From the IMG/VR virus record IMGVR_UViG_3300046171_000138: a DNA stretch of 64,000 bases. One strand, 5' to 3'. The stretch's first letter is position 1. The number at the start of each line of letters is the position of its first letter. The notes below the pieces were generated by a model. That model ran no database searches. It was not told the origin of the DNA and saw only the letters and a list, made by a program, of their open reading frames with translations. The stretch is from a virus. Below are positions 7,923 through 13,753 of the stretch, piece after piece. The translations under genes were made by a program, and so were the position numbers.

Positions 7923-8157
7923 TTGGCCACCACATTCTAAACACTTCCCCTATAGACTTGAATGGATCTATCATAATGATAAGATCATCGCTATGTTTGA
8001 GTGTGAACATCATCTTAACAAACACCTGATAAGATACAAACTCAACAAACGTAACTCCAGGGTAGACATCTTCCCTGATCATACACATACATTTAAATCT
8101 AACTACAAGAAACCTAAACGTCAACTCTTCTCCACCCTTGAGGATTTCTTCCAATGA
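7828..8157 (+). CDS. Hypothetical cyanophage protein with basic N-terminus overlapping the upstream gene
   Basis: FPYRLEW...FECEHHLNKHLIRYKL; start uncertain. Confidence 0.6.
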   Translation: MKKNSKPSTTKRKSKASPKILKITDRRKNITDWPPHSKHFPYRLEWIYHNDKIIAMFECEHHLNKHLIRYKLNKRNSRVDIFPDHTHTFKSNYKKPKRQLFSTLEDFFQ

Positions 8158-8288
8158 AACTTAAAACAACAACAAAACAATTTATCAACTCCAAAGGTGA
8201 TAAGTGGGAATGGGAAGAGACAGAAGAACTCATTAAAGCAATTCAGAAACTCGAACAGTATGCACCTGATTATGGTGTAGGCAAATGA
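8154..8288 (+). CDS. Small hypothetical protein
   Basis: 44-aa ORF MKLKTTTKQFINSKGDKWEWEE..., read manually; ATGA overlaps. Confidence 0.6.
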   Translation: MKLKTTTKQFINSKGDKWEWEETEELIKAIQKLEQYAPDYGVGK

Positions 8289-8503
8289 ATTATGATGGAC
8301 CATTGTATGCACCATGGCACAAAGTATTACAAGGAAGAACTACAATGAAGTTTAATCTCGAAGAACTTAAGTATCTTCAGTCTATACTAGATCAATCATC
8401 ATCCTATGCAAAGGCAAGAGGTGAACAGGTAGATCATCCATCAGTATCACATCAACATATCATTCAGAAGATTCAATACCAAATACATAAACTCTCCTCA
8501 TGA
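8285..8503 (+). CDS. Small hypothetical protein
   Basis: MNYDGPLYAPWHKV...; ATGA overlaps. Confidence 0.6.
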   Translation: MNYDGPLYAPWHKVLQGRTTMKFNLEELKYLQSILDQSSSYAKARGEQVDHPSVSHQHIIQKIQYQIHKLSS

Positions 8504-8889
8504 GAGATCATAAGGCAGAGTATGCGAGGCTTTCACCTGAAGCAAAGGCAAGGAAGATAGCGAGGAACTTACTACCTGAAGTGATACAACGAAAAAAAGA
8601 ATGGTCTCTCCAAAGACTATCCACAAGAAGAGAACGAGAAGCATACAATTACAATGCTATTGTCTCTTTCCTTGAACAACGTGACAATCATGAAGGATGT
8701 ATAGGATGTGGAACAAAAGAACGATTAGAATTCGATCATATCAACCCAGAAGATAAAGAATTCGATCCTCGTCCTAGAATGGGTGCTAAAACTATGTCAG
8801 AGAGACAATGGAATGAAATTGCAAAGTGTCAACTCCTATGTTATGATTGCCATAGAGAGAAAACTGGAGATCAATTTCGTAAGCAATGA
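8500..8889 (+). CDS. HNH endonuclease (5-methylcytosine-restriction/homing-type fold)
   Basis: CIGC...LEFDHINP...CQLLCYDCHREKT: CxxC + DH + LCxxCH signature. Confidence 0.85.
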   Translation: MRDHKAEYARLSPEAKARKIARNLLPEVIQRKKEWSLQRLSTRREREAYNYNAIVSFLEQRDNHEGCIGCGTKERLEFDHINPEDKEFDPRPRMGAKTMSERQWNEIAKCQLLCYDCHREKTGDQFRKQ

Positions 8890-9116
8890 ACTATAGACAT
8901 AAAGCACCAACCAAATACTATGTTGTTGAGTATGAACACACATACTATAACCATACACATAGTACAAGGACAAAGGCAGTCTATTTTACACTTGAATCAG
9001 CACAAGAAGCATCACTTAAGATGATGAAGAGAGGACAACACATACATTCAGTACATGAAGAGAAACTGTTATCTAAACCTGATATACTCTCAATACACCG
9101 TACAGGCACTCCGTAG
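8886..9116 (+). CDS. Small hypothetical protein
   Basis: ORF track; ATGA overlap. Confidence 0.6.
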   Translation: MNYRHKAPTKYYVVEYEHTYYNHTHSTRTKAVYFTLESAQEASLKMMKRGQHIHSVHEEKLLSKPDILSIHRTGTP

Positions 9117-9160
9117 TAGCCACCAGGTATCTCAACGACACAATTTGATGATTTCTTAAC

Positions 9161-9185
9161 AACCTGTGGAAAAACCTGTGGAAAA
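9161..9185. repeat. Tandem 12-bp direct repeat AACCTGTGGAAA, each copy containing a DnaA-box-like TGTGGAAAA
   Basis: 9161-9172 and 9173-9184; reverse complement TTTTCCACA fits TTWTNCACA. Confidence 0.75.
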
Positions 9186-9266
9186 CTAAATGTATTAAAA
9201 AACATAGGTAATGTGCGGAGTTATTGTTGGTTTAGCGCCCCAGCACTCGAAAGTCAAGGAGCTTGT

Positions 9267-9325
9267 GTGACAGCCTGCGAAGTGACCCCGAGACCCTTGA
9301 CAAATTGGCGTTTCTGGGTTATTAT
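9267..9325 (+). promoter_or_regulatory. Dyad-associated sigma70-like promoter
   Basis: GTGACAG-CCTGCGAA-GTGACCC (9267-9288); TTGACA 9297-9302, 17 bp, TATTAT 9320-9325. Confidence 0.85.
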
Positions 9326-9342
9326 AGAAACATGGAAAAGGC

Positions 9343-9366
9343 AAAAAGTCAGTTTTTTGACTTTTT
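9343..9366. repeat. Perfect 9-bp inverted repeat (hairpin)
   Basis: AAAAAGTCA-GTTTTT-TGACTTTTT. Confidence 0.7.
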
Positions 9367-9390
9367 CAGAAAACTCAATTAATTAAAAAA

Positions 9391-9620
9391 ATGAATTTAA
9401 AGATTTTGAATCTTCTGCTATCTTTAGTTTAACTACCAATGAAGATAGTCTTGTTATTGTGTTCAAATCATCTGAAAAAGAGTATAATTACACTATAAAT
9501 GATACAAAATGGGTAGAATCACTCACTAATTGTATTAATAACAAAGAAAGTGTTGGTAAATTTGTATCAACTAGTCTAAAACATAAGAATATCCTAGAAA
9601 ACAAGGATAATTCTAAATAA
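9391..9620 (+). pseudogene. KTSC-like protein gene whose ATG is one base out of frame (-1 shift needed)
   Basis: Frame 9387-9620 encodes ..FKDFESSAIFSL...KEYNY...ESVGKFV.. with no start codon near its 5' end; ATG at 9391 lies in the adjacent frame. Confidence 0.6.
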
Positions 9621-9653
9621 TTACTCTATAATTGCTATTACTGACTAATAACA

Positions 9654-9824
9654 ATGAAAAACAATCGTAAGTACAATCCAGATAGTAATCACAAAGAACT
9701 TCAGATTGAAGATGATTATGAACACTTTGGATATGATGTTAAGAATGCCAAGAGATTCAAGAGCAGAGCGAAACGATCTGCCAAGTTCAGAAACTACGAT
9801 GAATATCGACTGAATTGTCAATAG
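9654..9824 (+). CDS. Small basic hypothetical protein
   Basis: 56-aa ORF MKNNRKYNPDSNHKELQIEDDYEHFGYDVKNAKR..., read manually. Confidence 0.65.
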   Translation: MKNNRKYNPDSNHKELQIEDDYEHFGYDVKNAKRFKSRAKRSAKFRNYDEYRLNCQ

Positions 9825-9828
9825 GTAG

Positions 9829-9885
9829 TGGACACTAGTTGAAGTGTCTACTATCACTTGCAATTTGATGTGGATCATGTAGTGT
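9829..9885 (+). promoter_or_regulatory. Dyad-associated sigma70-like promoter
   Basis: TGGACAC-TAGTTGAA-GTGTCTA (9829-9850) within a longer inverted repeat; TTGCAA 9858-9863; TAGTGT 9880-9885. Confidence 0.7.
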
Positions 9886-9908
9886 ATACACAGTTGAAAC
9901 ATTTTCAC

Positions 9909-10082
9909 ATGAGAGTCATCACTACCCCATCAACACGTAGGGGTTACATAGTGACCAAACATCGCACACAGGATGTAGATCAACGTACACTTGTGGATAA
10001 CTATGGGGCAGCTATGATTGTTGCCCATAACATAAGTGAAATCGAGGGTTGCCGTGTGACGGTTGACAAGGTGGCACGGTAG
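9909..10082 (+). CDS. Small hypothetical protein
   Basis: MRVITTPSTRRGYIV...; start downstream of promoter. Confidence 0.6.
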   Translation: MRVITTPSTRRGYIVTKHRTQDVDQRTLVDNYGAAMIVAHNISEIEGCRVTVDKVAR

Positions 10083-10114
10083 GGGTTGCAATCTCCTTCC
10101 CGTTCCTGTATTGT
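10056..10114 (+). promoter_or_regulatory. Dyad-associated sigma70-like promoter
   Basis: GTGACGG-TTGACAAG-GTGGCAC (10056-10077); TTGCAA 10086-10091, 17 bp, TATTGT 10109-10114. Confidence 0.8.
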
Positions 10115-10143
10115 ATTAACAAGTCAAACAACCGACACCAAAC

Positions 10144-10470
10144 ATGCGTAAGATCGAAACCCAGATGAACGCTGCCATCACAGCGAACGCCAACTGGTCT
10201 AAAGCAAACACATCCGTTAGCACCACCGATGGTGTGTCTGAAGTGCGTCTTCATGGTAACTTGATCGCAAAAGTTGGTGATGATTTTGTCACTGTATTTG
10301 ATGGAGGTTGGCAGTCTAACACCACCAAATCTCGTCTCAACGCTATCATCAACGAGTTCTGCAATGCATTCACTGATGGTGTATTTCAGAAGGACTTTCA
10401 GTGGTTCGTTCGTGACAACAAAGTCGTGAATGATTTCGTCAACGGTTACACATTCAGTGAGTTTGCATAG
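10144..10470 (+). CDS. Conserved marine phage hypothetical protein
   Basis: MRKIETQMNAAI...VRLHGNLIA...GGWQSNTTKSRLNA motif. Confidence 0.8.
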   Translation: MRKIETQMNAAITANANWSKANTSVSTTDGVSEVRLHGNLIAKVGDDFVTVFDGGWQSNTTKSRLNAIINEFCNAFTDGVFQKDFQWFVRDNKVVNDFVNGYTFSEFA

Positions 10471-10473
10471 GTG

Positions 10474-10497
10474 AGAGGGGTATATCCCCTCTTTTTT
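10474..10497 (+). terminator. Rho-independent terminator
   Basis: AGAGGGG-TATAT-CCCCTCT followed by a T-run. Confidence 0.8.
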
Positions 10498-10537
10498 ATT
10501 GTCTCCACTATGTAACACTAACTGATTCAGCCGCCCG

Positions 10538-10595
10538 TGGACGATCGACCTAGTGGCACACAGTCTCTCGCATTGCCTCTCACAGCCCCTATAAT
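10538..10595 (+). promoter_or_regulatory. Dyad-associated sigma70-like promoter
   Basis: TGGACGA-TCGACCTA-GTGGCAC (10538-10559); -10 TATAAT 10590-10595. Confidence 0.75.
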
Positions 10596-10601
10596 AAGGA
10601 C

Positions 10602-10799
10602 ATGAACGAAACGACCTACGAAATCTCTTGCCCCACCTTGGGTGAGACCGAGACCACGACCGACCTGGATCGTGCGATGGACATTTGCTACAGCATGCAT
10701 GATGAGTCAAACTCCTATGCATACATCCGAGATTCATTCGGTGATATCGTCGGAGAGTATGGCGACGTAATGGAAGCAGTTGCACTGGGGTTAGTTTGA
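10602..10799 (+). CDS. Small hypothetical protein
   Basis: ORF track; starts at the expected transcription start (near-leaderless). Confidence 0.7.
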   Translation: MNETTYEISCPTLGETETTTDLDRAMDICYSMHDESNSYAYIRDSFGDIVGEYGDVMEAVALGLV

Positions 10800-10972
10800 T
10801 GGAAAGGACAGGATTTTTCATGCATAGCGAGAACCCCTCGCCACTGATGCAGAAGGTCATGGAGAACATCCAACGCCAGCATCAGCAGGAGATGGAGTAT
10901 AGGCAGGCAGTCAGGGCAGGACGCATCCAACCAGACCAGTTCACGAGCTGGAACATTAGCGACAGACATTGA
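10799..10972 (+). CDS. Small hypothetical protein
   Basis: 57-aa ORF MERTGFFMHSENPSPLMQKVM..., TGATG coupling. Confidence 0.6.
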   Translation: MERTGFFMHSENPSPLMQKVMENIQRQHQQEMEYRQAVRAGRIQPDQFTSWNISDRH

Positions 10973-10990
10973 TCGCTGACCGACTAGGAT
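10933..10990 (+). promoter_or_regulatory. Dyad-associated sigma70-like promoter
   Basis: AGACCAG-TTCACGAG-CTGGAAC (10933-10954); -10 TAGGAT 10985-10990. Confidence 0.6.
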
Positions 10991-11013
10991 ACACACAAGA
11001 AACAAAACAAACA

Positions 11014-11259
11014 ATGGATCAACCAACCTACGCCGTCCAACCTGCAGCATGGGGCAACTTCGATGGATGGGGTTGCGACTATAGCCCCACGATCGAGGAT
11101 GCATACAAAGCATGCAAGATCTGGCGTGAGATGGGTGAGTCTGGCGACATGATGATCTTTCGTATCCTACCAGGTGGCAACCCCATCCGATGGGTGAGAG
11201 TCTACGCTGACGAATCAATCGAGAGTGTGACAACCCAAGAGCTGGCACTGCTTAAGTAG
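11014..11259 (+). CDS. Small hypothetical protein
   Basis: MDQPTYAVQPAAWGNFDGWG... Confidence 0.7.
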   Translation: MDQPTYAVQPAAWGNFDGWGCDYSPTIEDAYKACKIWREMGESGDMMIFRILPGGNPIRWVRVYADESIESVTTQELALLK

Positions 11260-11284
11260 GCAACGCCACCACATCGACTAGAAT
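11227..11284 (+). promoter_or_regulatory. Dyad-associated sigma70-like promoter
   Basis: GTGACAA-CCCAAGAG-CTGGCAC (11227-11248); -10 TAGAAT 11279-11284. Confidence 0.7.
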
Positions 11285-11311
11285 TCAAAAGTAAACAACA
11301 AAGGACACAGC

Positions 11312-11533
11312 ATGAACGGTTGGGCAACTTACGAAACTTGGAACGCTGCACTGTGGATCGGCAACGATGAGACGATCTACCGCCACGCCAAACTGAATAA
11401 GAACCTCGGCTACCGCAAGTGGGCAAAGCGTTTCATTGATGAATTCGGTGAGTACATCACAGGCGACGGGGTTGCCTGGTTGCATGACGACATCGACCAA
11501 GATGAGATGGATGCCATGCTCGCAGAACTGTAA
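11312..11533 (+). CDS. Conserved phage hypothetical protein (NGWxxYETW family)
   Basis: MNGWATYETWNAALWIGNDE motif. Confidence 0.8.
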   Translation: MNGWATYETWNAALWIGNDETIYRHAKLNKNLGYRKWAKRFIDEFGEYITGDGVAWLHDDIDQDEMDAMLAEL

Positions 11534-11550
11534 GGGGTCGCCCCCTTCCA

Positions 11551-11559
11551 TGCTACAAT
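11551..11559 (+). promoter_or_regulatory. Extended -10 promoter element
   Basis: TGCTACAAT, 24 bp before the nuclease-like ORF. Confidence 0.55.
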
Positions 11560-11582
11560 ACACAAGAACACAACCCCACACC

Positions 11583-12152
11583 ATGAACGCCACCGCTTTT
11601 AATCTCGACAACGCCGTTCGGATCTATGAGGAGACGATCGCTCCTCTTCATGCTCGCTACCTGTCAGAAGACAACGCAGGCGGCAAGATGAGAGCATCGA
11701 TGGGCGACCTCTATGAGGACGTGGCACAGGCAGTGATCTATGCAGTCGATCCCTCCATCGTGTGTAAGCACAACGATTATATCATGATCGAGAGCAGGGG
11801 AGGCAAGAGCTACAAGAAAACACAGGTGGACATCCATGCATACAAGGATGGAGAACTGATCTTTATTGTAGAGGGCAAGACCTATCTAGACTCCTCCATG
11901 CTGGACCGTGCCTGCAGTGAGTTCGACAAGATCCGCCGTGTCTACCCTGGCATCCCTGCCGCTGTGTTCACAGGACAGGACGCCACCGACCCAGACTCTG
12001 CCGCTTGGTTTGCTGATGAGACAGATCATCAGGTATTTGTCGTCAACCAAACCAAGCAACGCAGGAGCACAGCGCCGATCTTTGAGACTGCCGACCCGCT
12101 GGACATGATGGCACTACAGGCATTTGCCCGATGGGTTGACTCCTGCCTGTGA
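11583..12152 (+). CDS. PD-(D/E)XK (restriction-endonuclease-like) nuclease
   Basis: GDLYE helix, QVDIH strand and IVEGKTYLD (E-x-K) motif in the expected order. Confidence 0.65.
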   Translation: MNATAFNLDNAVRIYEETIAPLHARYLSEDNAGGKMRASMGDLYEDVAQAVIYAVDPSIVCKHNDYIMIESRGGKSYKKTQVDIHAYKDGELIFIVEGKTYLDSSMLDRACSEFDKIRRVYPGIPAAVFTGQDATDPDSAAWFADETDHQVFVVNQTKQRRSTAPIFETADPLDMMALQAFARWVDSCL

Positions 12153-12163
12153 TCTGGTAGACT
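12136..12163 (+). promoter_or_regulatory. Sigma70-like promoter
   Basis: TTGACT 12136-12141, 16 bp, TAGACT 12158-12163. Confidence 0.6.
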
Positions 12164-12186
12164 ATCCAAAGAACACAACCCACAGC

Positions 12187-12384
12187 ATGATGATTTCACT
12201 AGACACCAGAGAGCACAGCAGCGCCACCGACAAAATCCAACTATTCCCCCTGTCCCGTATAGTTTTCATCCATTGGTCCTCGGGTCACTACTCCATGCAC
12301 CGTGCCCGCCTTCGTGATATGTTATTACTTTTGGACCAACGAATTGGATTCGGTGAGTGGTGCAATCGTTACGCTCTTAACTAA
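12187..12384 (+). CDS. Small hypothetical protein, possibly KTSC-like
   Basis: SSATDKI...VFIHWSSGHYS...FGEWCN pattern. Confidence 0.55.
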   Translation: MMISLDTREHSSATDKIQLFPLSRIVFIHWSSGHYSMHRARLRDMLLLLDQRIGFGEWCNRYALN

Positions 12385-12389
12385 CATTA

Positions 12390-12427
12390 ATCTGGGCACG
12401 TTAGCGTTGCATCGGTAAGTCCCAGAT
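12390..12427. repeat. Imperfect hairpin at end of early block
   Basis: ATCTGGG (12390-12396) pairs with CCCAGAT (12421-12427), plus inner AC/GT and TTA/TAA pairs. Confidence 0.6.
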
Positions 12428-12445
12428 CAACACTATGTAACACCA

Positions 12446-12471
12446 GGGGGCAGTAAAACGCCCCCTTTATT
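12446..12471 (+). terminator. Probable Rho-independent terminator closing the early block
   Basis: GGGGGC-AGTAAAAC-GCCCCC followed by TTTATT. Confidence 0.65.
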
Positions 12472-12558
12472 GTATACCCCCGAATGCCGAGCGGGACTCC
12501 TACCACTACTCTAACCTACAAAGTGTTACCCAAGCAAGATAAATATTCCAAGGAAATA

Positions 12559-12587
12559 AAAAAATTTCCCCAGAAAAAATTTCCCCA
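12559..12587. repeat. Direct repeat AAAAAATTTCCCCA x2 (period 15)
   Basis: 12559-12572 and 12574-12587. Confidence 0.8.
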
Positions 12588-12600
12588 AAATAGTTGAATC

Positions 12601-12807
12601 ATGAAAGACTACGATCGCTTTATTAATAAGCAAGCAGAAGTATTGAATGAGTTCGATGATTTCTGCGAACAATTCGAGAAACGTGCTGCCGAGAACTTTA
12701 AGAACCCAAACAAACAAGATGAAAGATTTGAACTCCTCCGAGAAATCAGCGAACCTGGAAGAGGTGCTATCGATAGCATTCCAGGAGATACGGGAACTGA
12801 AAGCTGA
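12601..12807 (+). CDS. Conserved cyanophage hypothetical protein
   Basis: QAEVLNEFDDFCEQFEKRA motif. Confidence 0.7.
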   Translation: MKDYDRFINKQAEVLNEFDDFCEQFEKRAAENFKNPNKQDERFELLREISEPGRGAIDSIPGDTGTES

Positions 12808-12922
12808 AGTCGAGCGTCTAAAGTCTCCAAGTCTCATGTATAGACGCCCTGGTGCTGTCGCACATGAGAAGATAACAGATTACTTGGATGATGTAGATAA
12901 ACGACTAAAGAAATTAGAATAA
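12719..12922 (+). CDS. Conserved cyanophage coiled-coil hypothetical protein
   Basis: IRELKAEVERLKSPSLMYRRPG...DYLD motif. Confidence 0.7.
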   Translation: MKDLNSSEKSANLEEVLSIAFQEIRELKAEVERLKSPSLMYRRPGAVAHEKITDYLDDVDKRLKKLE

Positions 12923-13753
12923 TGGCAATTCTCATACCTGCAGGAACATCATTTACTTTAGGATCTGGACCTGGGTGGAGGATGTTGCCGCCTCCGAGTA
13001 ACTTTGTGATACCTGGAATGTTTCGAGATGGTATAAATCTGAATATCTATGAGAACGTGGGGGTAGTGAATGTCACTGCTCAAGCAAACTTGGTATGTCC
13101 TGGAGGAACACCTGGTCCCTCACAGCCGAGTCCCGAGTTAATCACAGGTATCAGTATTGGTATCATGCCACCTGGTTGTATTGTACTAGCGGGTGGTGTA
13201 CCGACTATACCAGAGATGTTAGTAGGCACTGATGCTGTGACATTCGGGAGTATCAGTGTAGCACCTGGAGTCACCACATTAGTATTGCCAATCCCACTCA
13301 TTGGTAATTACACGGAGAAGTGGATGTATGATATGCAGGCAGGTTTTGGAGAAAGTTACAAAGGTAGTACAAGTACCACGTACCAGGGACAATATGAGGG
13401 GTGTCACATTTCAGGGAGGACTTGGAGTGCAGAAAACCTTTAAGCGTGATGAGAAGTTAAAGAGAATCAGTGGATCGGGAAGGCTCTCTGCATATCAGGC
13501 AACACCTGAAGGTAGGGAGTTTGTTGGACCTTTTGTACATGATATAGCACAGAGGGGTAGTAACTATGTACATGCTTATAAACCGTCTCTGATCAAAACT
13601 CTGCGTTTTCATTATGAGATTACAGTTACGAGTACATGTCCACCATACATCTGGAAGTTCCCAGCATTTATCGATGTAGATAACAACTGGCAAAATCACA
13701 CGAAGCGTACTAAATATCGTTTAAGTAAGCAAACCGAAGCAAGAGAAGGATAA
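12922..13753 (+). CDS. Probable baseplate-associated structural protein, split into two overlapping ORFs (12922-13443 and 13301-13753)
   Basis: Directly upstream of the PAAR gene; overlapping +1-frame ORFs; N- and C-halves resemble one recalled cyanophage protein. Confidence 0.55.

Noticed and set aside
9992-10000. Perfect DnaA box TGTGGATAA
   Set aside because: Single copy inside a coding region about 800 bp from the tandem pair; compatible with chance.
2423-11248. CRISPR array or integron attC cassette array formed by the dyad repeats
   Set aside because: Repeats are degenerate, irregularly spaced and locked to promoter geometry; no cas or integrase gene, and no GTTRRRY/RYYYAAC ends.
2423-11248. 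Dyads as loxP/dif-type site-specific recombination sites
   Set aside because: The 8-bp spacers differ between sites, whereas such recombination needs matching spacers, and the arms are only 7 bp; retained only as a minor alternative.
10012-11611. Long minus-strand ORFs (10012-10869, 10715-11248, 11285-11611)
   Set aside because: Antisense shadows of better-supported + strand genes in a GC-rich stretch; no motifs, promoters or RBS.
2423-12186. ORF-track N-terminal extensions (e.g. 2423, 4502, 4737, 6414, 9858, 10969, 11436, 12124)
   Set aside because: They run through the promoter of the same gene; downstream ATGs were used instead.
12481-12510. tRNA-like element ending in ...CTCCTACCA
   Set aside because: No T-loop (GTTCRA), D-arm or cloverleaf pairing can be built.
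12518-12531. NtcA site (CTA-N8-TAC)
   Set aside because: One half-site mismatches GTA-N8-TAC and no -10 box lies at the NtcA-activated spacing.
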